Origin: Minisyncoccota bacterium
GTDB taxonomy: Bacteria; Patescibacteriota; Minisyncoccia; Phycocordibacterales; SW-6-46-9
Assembly (NCBI GenBank): GCA_040905385.1
Contig: JBBDRP010000002.1
Span: 226,292-290,291, forward strand
Reading direction: 5' to 3'
Length of the DNA: 64,000 bases
Shown: one piece after another, positions 19,101-29,700 of the stretch
Layout of the letters: each line of letters begins with the position of its first letter
How positions within the stretch are numbered: the stretch's first letter is position 1
Notes under the pieces: model-generated
The model's input: the letters and a program-made list of their open reading frames with translations, nothing else
Told to the model about the DNA's origin: nothing
The model's database searches: none
Position numbers and translations under genes: made by a program

Positions 19101-19737
19101 AAATGCCCTTGATTTTGATGGTAGTGATGATCATGTTCATATGCCGGAGCGACACACAGGTGGTGAAAGTGAGGTGACGCTATCGCTGTGGTTGAACCCA
19201 GTTTCCTGCGGATCGTCACAGGCGATTTACGACGAAGCCTGGGATGACGATCCTGATCAACCACGTTACTGGCAATTTGCCATCGATTGTGGCACTTGGT
19301 ATACCCGTGATACTAGCACTGGAAAGACCGGTAGTCGCAATAATGACCTTTCCTTACCAGCCTTGACTAATGGATCCTGGCAGCATCTGACCTTTGCTTA
19401 CAGCGCAGGTAGTGGTTATAAGCGAATCTATCTGGACGGAGCCCAGTCAGCTGAGACAACCAATAGCGTTGATCAGCTTACAAGTGATGAGGCTGGATTC
19501 GACTTCATTGCTCGACCCAATGATGGTAGCTATTTTGATGGCAATATTGATGAGGTTCGGGTAGCAACTGCACAGCGATCACAAAGCTGGATCGCCGCCG
19601 AATACACCAACCAAAACGCTCCATCCACCTTCTACACCGTTGGTGATGCGCAGACCGTGGATGAGAGTGCTGCAGAAGGAAACTCGGCCACAGAAATCCG
19701 CGGCGGCGAGTTCCGCGGCGGCGTAGAGTTCAGATAA
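13177..19737 (+). CDS. Giant (2186 aa) surface protein with N-terminal signal/TM anchor, four DUF2341-like modules each followed by a LamG/concanavalin-like (Laminin_G_3) domain, and an FN3 domain. C-terminus ends in ...IRGGEFRGGVEFR.
   Basis: Repeated W(D/Q)YR(Q/E)KITI...DFPVYVDL..GGDIRVT..G.EL.REVVS.DT...GELHFKAD...FYIYYGN modules (DUF2341-like). VWHLNE...DS..N.N.GT...LDEVRI.N LamG_3 signatures. PTLDWEPVQNAGEYQVQVSPTSTFSS...YHWRVRTVDGQ FN3. Confidence 0.85.
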   Translation: MSTNFIQSVKGFISENTRLAAVLLVVFLALVTLLVLGVSSIQATWYSDTSGSGTWDYRQRIIIDSDQVDSNLQDFPVYVDLVDLGSQFFSNVAADGGDIRVTNAVGEELPREVVSVDTASSTGELHFKADNLSSTADTTFYIYYGNADTGNYATSSTYGAQNVWTNNEAAVWHLNEDPSGTAPQILDSTVNNIHGTTGGSMTSADSVLGRLGRALDFDGTDDDVEIPDNILINIADSYDQKTQTVWFKADEVTSRQVIWEEGGFANGINIYVDSGTLYGRAWSDSESWSKELQVTTSVAADTWYQVYLVLDAPNDSLEMFVNGSSVGTDNKTDGNFHSGHGNDIGIGKVQGDTRTHVGDEVGLEFNGVIDEVRHINEDLRSADWIAAEYTNQNAPNTFYTAGSQETQSSSNVPFGDNPGGDFADGDWDFREKITIHADQVDANLSDFPVYVDLADMSVSFFANTSVNCGDIRMTNASGTELAREVVACDTSAETGELHFKADSLSSTTDTVFYIYYDNPDAHDYVVDATYGAQNVWTNNHVGVWHLNESSGNTLDSTSNNNDATTNGPIQGVEGQVGDAYSFDGADDYVEIDNLIDEIPNTFSVWVKVATDVGDGRIGVIAGNYPGDGSAINIEGYFNGEVRMYWNGGQENIRYETDIRTGEWEHLVFVRDVAADEIRLYRNGINIPKTSDAGDDVTLADNNNKFRIGSDHPSDREPFEGDIDNLHIYNTDLSEEEISAIYNNQNSPSTFYTISGGVSAAPVLLTPEDTSTEVVRNPTLDWEPVQNAGEYQVQVSPTSTFSSIVVDADVSTSEITLGTPYPSLNASTTYHWRVRTVDGQDFGTWSTDFEFTTAAGLAGSGTEADPYLVSTPQDLDDVRNDLTAYYRQENDIDLTFDTQDPAGLFYNSGQGWITIDDFEGDYDLNGYSVLGMFQDRSGFYNRGLFRLINAGTLHDGHIDGDITGIDSNTEGSGVAVATIGSTGGVHRVKTTGSVVAQRTDFFVTNAAGITSNNNGSISDSYNEAVIKQGLDEGEPTRYGGIAGQNTSNINRVLNTGNVIVTTATSVGAVRGLDSAGDISNSFYDQDVVDVDDPEATGLTTANAQSLSTYENAGWDIVPIEHHDGRKSTATWYIDDGNDYPRLWFEYEGEGWYDDGWSHREKVTINASEVDATLEDFPVYVDLADFGATFFANVDGDGGDIRVTKADGTTELPREVVSVDTGGSSGELHFKADRLSSTTDTTFYVYYGNPDAIDYVTDYAYGAENVWTNGTQLVYHLQDDPSGTGPQINDSTSGGYDGTASSMQSSDSVTGKVGKALAFDGTKYIDTGTEYVGDTGLFADGNENFTVSIWSKINSGDEGTLIARAGGSSGSRTFQLVSWPSGNETPGYYLRGELTATNLGFDDGTWHQTTLVWNGSQMDYYLDGEYMSSPAVGTAAEEIGEAIILGARTGGSGFLLEGLLDEPRIWDRALSQHEVSAEYTNQNDPSTFYTVAGTEDVITMDGTGTAGNPYLIETPQDLDDVRKDLNAYYQLANDIDLTFDTQNADGDFYNGGSGWDPIATTSANSFTGSLDFEGYKISGLMINKPSENNQSLFGFTDGVEFNDVWIEADITGRFRATILTSLNTGVSVVNGIKAEGVITGEGSSTAEIGIVVGYHEGTFTVNDASFDVQINNPNNLKRVGGAVGHNYFAGDEFTVNRGLTRGLYNFDTTVDDTDPFIGNRGATSVVNDSFIDSETSGFPAVDIDDNTTSLTTAEAQDIDTYLDAGWDIIDISQHDGERATAIWFIDDGNDYPRLWFERDGVESTNFGDSADGDFVDTDWGYREKITINASEVDATLTDFPVYIDLADLDSEFFDNVKSDGGDIRVTAADGTTELAREVVSIDTAAQTGELHFKAPSLSASTNTEFYIYFGNSSAVDYQAGDTYGRNAMWSNGYKSVYHMQEDPSRTAPQIIDSTGGDKATSSGAMTIDDSVSGQLAGNALDFDGSDDHVHMPERHTGGESEVTLSLWLNPVSCGSSQAIYDEAWDDDPDQPRYWQFAIDCGTWYTRDTSTGKTGSRNNDLSLPALTNGSWQHLTFAYSAGSGYKRIYLDGAQSAETTNSVDQLTSDEAGFDFIARPNDGSYFDGNIDEVRVATAQRSQSWIAAEYTNQNAPSTFYTVGDAQTVDESAAEGNSATEIRGGEFRGGVEFR

Positions 19738-19768
19738 AACCCTCACCCAACCACCACCTCTACGTCTC

Positions 19769-19791
19769 GTAAGGATAACATCCTTGCAGAC
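19769..19791. repeat. REP-like hairpin copy 1 (GTAAGGATAACATCCTTGCAGAC) upstream of the HUH transposase
   Basis: Core palindrome AAGGAT-AAC-ATCCTT. The same 23-mer recurs at 20658-20680 and, with a perfect 12-bp stem, at 20531-20560. Confidence 0.8.
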
Positions 19792-19822
19792 ACTATAAGA
19801 TAAGCCTTAAATTCAACATTCT

Positions 19823-20503
19823 ATGCTTTTACACATTATAAAACGAGGAGGACGCGGCCTGCCGATTGTTGCGGATGACGATGATCGCTGGCGATATCTG
19901 AAATGTCTGTATTATCTAAATGATAAAAATCATCCGATAGGTTGGGAGCGTGATGTTGAAGCGCTTGGTTCTGGACTGCACTTTCAACGCCCGGAATCGT
20001 GGGGTGGTGAGCGCGATCCGTACGTCGATATCCTGTCGTACTGTCTGATGGATAATCATTACCATCTATTCGTTTCCGAGCGCGATGAGGGCATGATGGC
20101 GGCTTTTACGAGGTCGCTAAATAAAAGCATGTCGCAGGCCTATAATGAAAAGCAAGACACAAGCGGAAGTATCTTTCAAGGCCCGCCCAAGAAAAAGTTT
20201 GTTGAGGATGACGCCTACCTGAAATTCCTGTACGTCTATGTCAACGTCAAGAATCCCTTCGAGCGGTATCAGGGCGGCATTCGGAAGGCGATCGAGAATT
20301 TTGATGACGCCTGGGAGTTTGCGCTCGAATACGATTTCTCTAGCTTACCAGATTGTGCGGGTGACCGGGCGTCACCCATCGTGTCGCTGGATATATTTCG
20401 GGATGCATTTTCAAGCTCCGCCGAGTTCAAAGAGTTCGCCCGCGAGCAGATGCATCGGTACGGGCAGTTTCTGGAAGATGTCGATGCGGATGACTTAGAG
20501 TAG
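19823..20503 (+). CDS. tnpA: IS200/IS605-family / REP-associated (RAYT-like) HUH tyrosine transposase (Y1_Tnp)
   Basis: HuH motif MDNHYHLFV (nt ~20055-20080) and catalytic-Tyr region LYVYVNVKNPFE (compare E. coli RayT YIYINPVKHG). At 226 aa it is slightly longer than typical TnpA. Flanked by directly oriented REP-like hairpins. Confidence 0.7.
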   Translation: MLLHIIKRGGRGLPIVADDDDRWRYLKCLYYLNDKNHPIGWERDVEALGSGLHFQRPESWGGERDPYVDILSYCLMDNHYHLFVSERDEGMMAAFTRSLNKSMSQAYNEKQDTSGSIFQGPPKKKFVEDDAYLKFLYVYVNVKNPFERYQGGIRKAIENFDDAWEFALEYDFSSLPDCAGDRASPIVSLDIFRDAFSSSAEFKEFAREQMHRYGQFLEDVDADDLE

Positions 20504-20530
20504 AGAAAAGGACAGAGAGGGAGTGTCTCG

Positions 20531-20560
20531 GTGTCTGTAAGGATAACATCCTTACAGACT
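20531..20560. repeat. REP-like hairpin copy 2 with a perfect 12-bp stem, GTCTGTAAGGAT-AAC-ATCCTTACAGAC
   Basis: Read directly. 28 bp downstream of the transposase stop codon. Confidence 0.85.
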
Positions 20561-20655
20561 GAGGTTAGTAGAAATTCACAGGAATAGATGTCGAAAGTCG
20601 AGAATGTGGGTTAAAATGAAGGCTAAGTACGCGGTGGTTGCCCGGGGTCTAGGGT

Positions 20656-20683
20656 CTTGTAAGGATAACATCCTTGCAGACGA
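20656..20683. repeat. REP-like hairpin copy 3 (TTGTAAGGATAACATCCTTGCAGACGAG), same orientation as copies 1 and 2
   Basis: Near-identical to copy 1 including 4 flanking bases. 45 bp upstream of giant gene 3. Confidence 0.8.
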
Positions 20684-20727
20684 GGAAAAGGATGATGAGG
20701 GTGGGGAGGTGACGGGAAATTACGCTA

Positions 20728-23700
20728 GTGATGATTTTAGAATTTTATAAAAAAGTTAAGGAGTTTATCGGGCGGCATCCGCGGATGGTGGCGGTGGTGG
20801 GGGTGACGGTCGCGGTGCTCGTGATACTGGGAAGTGTTGGCACGCAGGCGGCGTGGTACTCATCAACCGGCGACGGCCCGACCTGGCAGTACCGCCAGAA
20901 GATTACCATCGATGCCGACCAGGTAGATGCCGAGCTGACCGACTTTCCCGTCTACGTTGATTTATCAGATTTTGGTAGTGATTTTTTTAGTAATGTCGCG
21001 GCAGATGGTGGGGATATTCGCATCACTACCGCCGATGGCACCACCGAGCTGGCGCGTGAGGTCGTCTCGGTAGACACGGCTTCATCAACCGGGGAGCTAC
21101 ACTTCAAGGCTGATAGCCTTAGCGCCTCAAGCGACAGCGAGTTTTTTATATACTACGGCAGTAGCGGCGCAAGTGATTATGCTGTTACGGATACGTACGG
21201 CCGCAATGCGGTGTGGAGTGATTATCGTTTTGTATCACATGACGCTGGTTACACTGACTCTAGTGGCGCTCTTGCTCAAGGAACTTTGTTTAATGGTATA
21301 ACGCCAAATGATTCAGCGGGAATAATTGGAAAAGCAACGCTTTTTGACAAACCTTCACAGCAGTATGTTCAACTTGGTGACACAATCATACCTCCAAGCA
21401 GTGATTTTACGTTTGATGTTTGGGCTGAGCAGTTTGATTTTACAGGAACTACTGTATCAGATGAATCATTAATACTTACTCAAAATGATTCTGGAAGCAC
21501 AAATGCTACTTTTGTGCACGGTTCTAATGCAAGACAAAACCATATTACTGGTCTGTGGGATATTAATAATAGCAGAACTCTAGAAGGTCCTGATATAAGA
21601 GGAAATGGCTGGGTAAAATTACAGATAAGAAGAGATGGTAATGAATTTAATTTATTCCATAACAATGTCCTTCAGGATGCGACCACCACAGCCATCACAA
21701 TTCCTGATGCAGCAAACGCTTATTTGGGTGCGTATGAAAATAATGGACCAGAAAGATTTTTCACAGGTTTAATTTCAGAAGTTAGATCTGCATATACTGC
21801 TCGGTCTGATGATTGGATTGCTACTGAGTACACCAATCAAAATAATACAACTGATTTCTATACCATCGGCGCTCAGGACACCCAGCCGGATTCGAACGTC
21901 GCTTTTGGGGCGAATTCGTACGGCGACTTTGCGGATACTCGCTGGAGCCACCGTGAGAAGATCACGATTGACGCCGCCCAGGTCGATGCGGATCTAGCCG
22001 ACTTTCCGGTCTATGTAGACCTGGCCGACCTATCGACAACATTTTTCCAAAATACCAACGTAACCTGTGGCGACATCCGTGTCACGGCCGGCGACGGCCT
22101 GACCGAGCTGGCTCGCGAGGTGGTGGCGTGTGATACGGCCTCATCCACTGGTGAGCTTCACTTCAAGGCCGACAGCTTATCGGCTTCTTCAGACACCGAG
22201 TTCTACATCTACTACGGCAACAACTCAGCCAATAACTACATCCATGATGAGCAGTTTGGGCGAGATAATGTGTGGTCGGATGGGTATGCTGGTGTATGGC
22301 ATCTAAGCGAAGGTTCAGGTGAGGCCCGTGACTCAACAGCTAACAGCAGTAACGGTACAAATAATGGTGCCACTCAGGGCGTAGTCGGGCAGGTAGGTGG
22401 CGGGTATGATTTCGATGGTACGGATGATTATGTAAAGATTACAGAAAATTTCGTCTCTTCTCCAAGTGAGCTGACTATTTCTGCCTGGTTTAAGAAGGAA
22501 AGTGGCGGTGATGTGTATGAGACTGTTTTACATAAGGGTTCAGCCGATACTGTCGGCAGTAGTGATTACTGGCTAGGAGTAAGTGGTGACGATAACTTAA
22601 CCGCCACTATTGGTGCCAATACTGGCGTTGGATGGGATGCTGGTGAAACTACTACTTCAGTAAATCTCGGACAATGGTATCACATGGCTGCTACCTGGGA
22701 CGGGTCTGTTGTTGAGGTTTATCTAGATGGTCAATTTAATAAGCAGTACAGTCTGAGTTCTTACGGTGATCTGAACACGGACACCAGATTCGGTTCATCT
22801 GCAGACGGTACAAATTATCAGTTTAGAGGTACTGCCAGTGAGATTAGGATTTATAACAAAAGTATTTCCGGTGACGAGATCTCCGCAACTTACCGCAACC
22901 AGAACTCACCAACCACTTTCTACACCGTCGGGGTGAATGAAGCTTCGGCCGGGCTGTTTGGTGATAACCCGTCCGGTGACTTTGCCGACGCCGACTGGGG
23001 GTATCGCGAGAAGATCACGATTGACGCCGATCAGGTCGGTGCAACTCTGACTGACTTTCCGGTCTACGTCGACCTTTCCAACTTGTCCGCAACCTTTTTT
23101 GATAATGTCACCGCCAGTGGTGGCGACATCCGTGTGACCGCCGGCGACGGCACTACCCAGCTGGCGCGGGAAGTTGTCTCGGTCAATACAGCCTCCTCGA
23201 CCGGTGAGCTGCATTTTAAGGCTGACTCAATATCGAGCACGACCGACACCAGCTTCTACATCTACTACGGTAATCCGAATGCTGATGATTATGCGGTAGG
23301 TGATACCTACGGCGCCGAGAATGTGTGGTCGAATGAGACACTAGCAGCATTCCACCTTGAGGAAAATGCTGTGAATAGTTCCGATGATAATTTCAATGGA
23401 ACAATAAACGGAAGTCCTGCCTGGGTGACTGGTGTTATTTACAGTGCTTTGGACTTCTTGGGTACTAATGGTAATAATGTCGAAATATCGAGTGCATTGC
23501 AATCAGACATTACAAATAATTCTTACACGGTTAAAGCATGGATAAATCCAAGATTAACTGGTTCTAGTAATCAAGCAATTATAGATACAGGTAGTGAAGG
23601 AGATGGTCAGATGCGCTTCTTTATGAATGACACAGATGGGTCGTTCAAGATACAAAACACAGCCAGTTTTACTGGCACAGGAGTAAGGTCTTCAGCTGGG

Positions 23701-26700
23701 ATCTTAACCGCGGATATATGGAATCAGGTTGTAGCGGTTGTAAATGGTACTAGCGCAATTTTGTATCATAACGGTCAGGAGATAACTTCAGGAACAATCG
23801 ATGCATATACAGGTAATGGCAATAATATTGCTTTTGGTGATAAACCACTAAGTTCAGGGTCTAGCATGAATGCTCTTAATGGGTCTCTGGATGAAGTTTA
23901 TATTTACAATAGTTTATTGTCTACTGACTGGATTGCCGCCGAGTACACTAACCAGTCTACCACTACTGACTTCTACACCGTCGGTAGCCTGGAAGAGCCG
24001 AGCACCGTCTTTGGCGACGATACCGATGGTGACTTTGCTGACACCGACTGGACGTATCGCGAGAAGATCACCATCAACGCCGACCAGGTGGAGGAGACGC
24101 TGACCGACTTCCCGGTCTATGTTGATCTGTCTGATTTCGGATCACAGTTTTTCAACAATGTCCGCAGTGATGGTGGTGATATTCGCATCACCGCCAGCGA
24201 CGGCACGACCGAGCTGGCGAGGGAAGTCGTCTCTGTGGACACTGCCTCATCGACCGGGGAAATCCATTTCAAGGCCGACGAGATCGACGCCGAGGCCGAT
24301 ACCGACTTTTACATTTACTATGGCAATACCGCCGCGGTCGACTACGTCGTTACGGATACGTACGGCCGTAACGCGGTGTGGAGTAACGGCTATGCTGGAG
24401 TTTGGCACACAGGCGAAGACTCTGCTACACAAACGTTTGATTCTACTGGTAACAATAATACGGGAAACTTTCAGGATAACTTACCAACCACGCAGTCTGG
24501 AAAGATTGGAGATACGCAAGATTTTGATGGCACTAGTGATTATATTGATGCGGGTACTGACTCTAGCCTAGACATCACAACTGAAATCACGGTCGGTGTC
24601 TGGGTGAATCCTGATAATACTGGTGGTGACTATACAGGAATAGTAAATAAAAGCAGAGCAGATACGGCTGGTTTCTGGATGGGGTATTCAGCGAACGGTG
24701 ATATAGTTAGATGGGAGACTAATGATGCAGGAGGAAGTTGGCATGAAGTTGATATGCCTTTAATAGATGCCGAAGTAGGAGAATGGAATCACTTCGTAGG
24801 TGTTTATGATGGTAGTGAGCTTATAGGTTATAAAAATGGTTCTCAATCAGGAACTCCTGATAGTTTTACTGGAGAATTTGAAACTACAACTAATTCCCTA
24901 AAGTTTGGAGATTTTGAGGTTGCGGATAGATGGTTTGATGGCATGCTTGATGAGATTCGTATCTCCAGTGCTGCGCGCTCTGCCGACTGGATCGCCACCG
25001 AATACAACAACCAAAATGCTCCTAGTAGCTTCTACACCATCTCTGGCAGCCCTTCCGAAGCGCCGGTGCTGCTGACTCCGGAAGATACGGCCACCGAGGT
25101 GAGCCGGGCGCCGACGCTGGACTGGCAACCGGTCCAATCAGCTACCGAGTACCAGGTGCAGGTGTCGCCAACCTCGACCTTCTCATCTATCACGGTGGAT
25201 GCGAACGCAACCGACAGCGAGATAGCTCTGGGCACGCCGTATCCGTCATTGGATGCCAGCACAACCTATCACTGGCGCGTACGCACGGTGGATGGGCAGA
25301 GCTTCGGCGCCTGGTCCACCGACTTTTCCTTTACGACAGCTGCTGGTCTGGCCGGCAGCGGTACCGAGGCCGATCCGTACCTCATCAGTACTCCACAAGA
25401 CCTGGATGACATTCGCAATGACCTGGATGCCTACTACCGACTTACGCAGGATATTGATCTGACCTTTGATACACGGGATCCAAATGGAGATTTTTATAAT
25501 GCTGGTGATGGTTGGCAGGAAATAGATAACTTTGATGGTGAATTCGATATGGGTGGATATAGTATTATCGGAGCCCGAATTTTTAATGGATTTTTTGATA
25601 ACATTGGATCAAATGGGCTTATACATTCAGGAAAATTTGCCGATTGCGAAGTTCATGGAGGATATGATCAAGGAGTTATTAACGAAACAGGAGGGGCAGG
25701 ATTAATTAAAGAAGTTGTAGTAGATAATTGTTCTGTGGCGTCGGGCAATACTACAAGCCGTAGAATTGGTGGATTTAGCGGTAGAGGAATCTCTTCTCAG
25801 GATGTTATTTCACGTAATCTTGTGCTCGGTGGAGAAGGTGATAAGGGTGCAAACACTGGACGAGTTTTTGATACCAAGGTGTACACACGAAACCTCATTC
25901 ACAATGTGAGTTGGGAGGGTGTAAGTGGTCAAACTGAAAATCCTCTTTTTGGGTGGATTCAATCTGGTGGAAATCCGACGGTAAATGATGTGTTTTTTGA
26001 TGATGATACGCTTGATTATGCCGGAACTCGAACTGACCAAGGTACCGGGCTAACTACCACCGAGGCGCAGGATATTACTACGTATGAAAATGCTGGGTGG
26101 GACATCGTTCCGATTGCTCAGCACGACGGGCAGCGGTCAACAGCAATTTGGTACATCGATGATGGCAATGATTATCCACGTCTGTGGTTCGAGTACGAGG
26201 GTGAGGGCTGGAAAGATGGCTGGAGCCACCGTGAGAAGGTCACGATCAAGTCATCGGCGGTGGATGCGACGCTGGAAGACTTTCCGGTCTATGTCGACCT
26301 AGCTGATTTCGGCGCCACGTTCTTTAATAACGTCCGTACTGATGGTGGCGATATTCGTGTCACCAAGGCGGACGGTACTACCGAGCTGGCCCGGGAGGTT
26401 GTCTCGGTAGATACCGCCTCCTCGACCGGTGAGTTACACTTCAAGGCCGACCGCCTCGCCAGCACCACCGACACAACCTTCTACGTTTATTATGGTAATC
26501 CAGATGCGTCCGAGTACGCGACTGATTATGCGTATGGTCGCAATGTTGTCTGGAGCGATTATGAAAACGTCTACCACCTCGACGAGCAAGGAGACGGTAC
26601 CACCGGAGAGCATATCGACTCAGCCGGTAACCACGACCTGACGGCTGGATACTTTTCTGCTGGTATTCCGAATCGAGTTGATGGAAACCTCGGGTACGCG

Positions 26701-29700
26701 CAGCAGTTTAACGGAACTGATACATCAATTGGTGGTGTATTTAATCTGAGTGCTAAGGATGAAATGGTCGTGTCGGTATGGGCGCAACCAACGGCCAGCG
26801 GGCAGTCCAGCCGGTCGGGAATATTTGGATACAGTGAATATAACGTTAGTTCAGCCTATCGATTGGGTGGATTTAGATTTACAAGCAGTGATTTAGGTGG
26901 GCTTGATATCTATCTAGATGATGGAAGTGCCGAGTGGTTTAACTCCACACTGACACTGAATCTCAACCAATGGAATTACATGGTGGGTAGATTTGAATCA
27001 GGGGTTACAAAAGATATTCTTATCAATGACCAGTGGGATGAACGTACTGCACCGACAGGCAGTTTGGCAGCGGGGACCTCAAGCATAGCACTTGGTGAAG
27101 TGCAGGAAGATCCTGTGAACCGCCGATTTCAGGGGCTCATTTCCGAGGCTCGCTACAGCACCGTAAAGAGGAGCCAGGAATTTTATGCCGCTGAGTATAC
27201 GAACCAATCGACCACCACCGATTTCTATACGGTCGATACGACACCAATCCAGATTGACAGCATCGAGGATTTGGATGATGTACGCAACGACCTATCAGCC
27301 AGTTATGAGTTGACGCGCAACCTGGATTTCGACGACTGCGCCTCTTATGACACCTGTGCCAATATGGACACCTACACAACCGGCAGTGGGTGGGACCCAA
27401 TTGGCACGAGTGGCGACCCTTTTACAGGTCAATTTGATTTCAAAGGACACTCAATTACCGGATTAATGATAAATAGATCTAGCACCGACTATCAAGGACT
27501 TTTCGGGGCCTTGGGACTTGATGGTTATATTCATAGCGGTTCAATTATTAATGCAGATGTTATCGGTGAGAAACGTACTGCAGTACTTGTTGGTTTCATG
27601 GATGGAAATGCACTTGTCGAACATATTTCTATTAGGAATAGTACTGTTGGAGGGTCGTACAGTGGTAACAAGGGACTGTTAGTTGGATGGTTAAATAGCA
27701 CTACTTCTCTGATAAGAGATTCTTATGCTCAAGGGCAAGCAATTGTAGGTAATTATAGTGCTGCAGCTGGAGAAATACATCCTGTTGATGCTCAGTTTCC
27801 TTCTGAAAATCTTTACTTTGTCGGAACTCTTGATTATGGTGCCAGTAGCCCTGTTGGAGGTATTGATGCGGCAGATAATGCTTTAAATAGTTTTTATGAT
27901 CAGGATGTTGCAGGAGAAATTTTTGGAGCAGATCCAGGAAATGCAACAACAACGGTCATAATGCAGGACATTGATACGTATATTAATGCTGGCTGGGACA
28001 TCGTCCCGATCGAAGAGCATGACGGGCAGGAGTCGACGGCGACCTGGTTTATTGATGATGGTAATGACTATCCGAAGCTGTGGTTTGAACGCGAGGGGGC
28101 CCAAAGCACAGCGTTTGGCGACGACCCCGACGGCGACTTTGCCGACACCGACTGGAGCCACCGCGAGAAGATCACCATCAACCCCGACAAGGTGCCGACG
28201 GTTACAAGTAGCGTTAATTCGCGCGTCACGCAATCCAGTGATGATGCTGAGGAAAAGCTTTCCGATAATAGTATGCTTATCTCAAGTTCTGATCTTGAAC
28301 TTATCGCTGATGGCACGTCGCCTGGCGGCGATCAAGAGATCGGACTGCGTTTCCAGAACATTACTATTCCCCAGGGTGCCGTGATCACCAACGCCTACAT
28401 CGAGTTCCAGACCGACGAGACCAACAGCACTACCACCAACCTAACCTTCCGCGCGGAGGATAATAACGATACGACGACCTTTACTACCGGTAGTGGTGAC
28501 ATTACCAACCGATCCAAGACAGCCGCCTCGGTTGATTGGAACAACGTGCCGGCCTGGAATACGATTAGCGAAAAGCATCAGACCCCGGATCTGTCGGCGG
28601 TGGTGCAGGAGGTGGTTGATCGCGCCGGCTGGCAGAGTGGTAACGCGATGGCGATGTTTGTCACTGGTGACGGAACCCGGATTGCCGAGGCATATGATGG
28701 CGAGGCGGCCAATGCACCGCTGCTGCATATCGAGTACGAATCTCCAGCGGCAACCTTGACGGATTTTCCAGTTTATGTTGATCTGGCCGATCTGTCGGAT
28801 ACGTTTTTCGTCTACGTAGCAAATGACGGGGCGGACATCCGCGTGACGGCCGGTGACGGGCTGACCGAGCTTCCGCGGGAAGTCGTGTCTGTGGATAGCG
28901 TCGGGAAGACGGGTGAGCTGCACTTCAAGGCCGATGCAGTATACGGGTCGGTCGGGACTGAGTTCTACATCTACTACGGTAATCCGTTTGCTGTGAATTA
29001 TTCAGCCACGGATACGTATGGTGCTCAGAATGTGTGGAATAGTAATTATGTGTTGGTTAGCCATGATGGAGGTGCCACAGATTCAACAAGCAATGGAAAT
29101 AATGGAACTGCTAATGGTGATGCTACTGCAGGGATAGCTACTGGTAAAGTTGGTACTGCTGCAGAATTTGATGGAGTTAGTGATTCATTCCAGATAGCAG
29201 ACGACGCTTCGCTTGATACACCCTCCGCAATCACTATTACAGCTTGGGTAAATGCGAACTCATTCAAGTCTGACTTCAGCGAAATTGTTAGTAAGAAGTT
29301 TGATACTGGTTATGATTTCTTGGTCGACAATGATGCTGGCACAAACGATTTGGAATTCATAAGTTTTGATGCAGATATTCTTCAGTATTCCAACGATAAC
29401 GTGGTTGCCACTAGTACTTGGTCTCATGTGGCTGTTACATATGATAAATCAAATGTAAATTTTTATGCGGATGGCTCGTATGAAGGAGGCGGTGCAGAGA
29501 CGGCAGATATTGGTACGAATAATGAGGATCTGTATATCGGTAGCGATGCAGGTAATAGCTGGGAGTGGAATGGACTTATTGATGAAGTCAGGATACTCTC
29601 TAGTTCTCAATCTGCTGACTGGATTACAGTCGAGTATAATAACCAGTCGTCTCCATCCACCTTCTACTCTGTAGGTACGCAGGAGATTAGCGGCGAAGAC

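Larger units (their letters stand above)
19765..20685 (+). mobile_element. Candidate IS200-like / REPtron unit: a Y1 HUH transposase gene bounded by directly oriented subterminal hairpins (one left, two right)
   Basis: The three hairpin copies share orientation, as IS200/IS608 LE/RE hairpins do. The unit sits in a 990-bp gap between two giant genes. Exact ends are not determinable without further copies. Confidence 0.5.
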
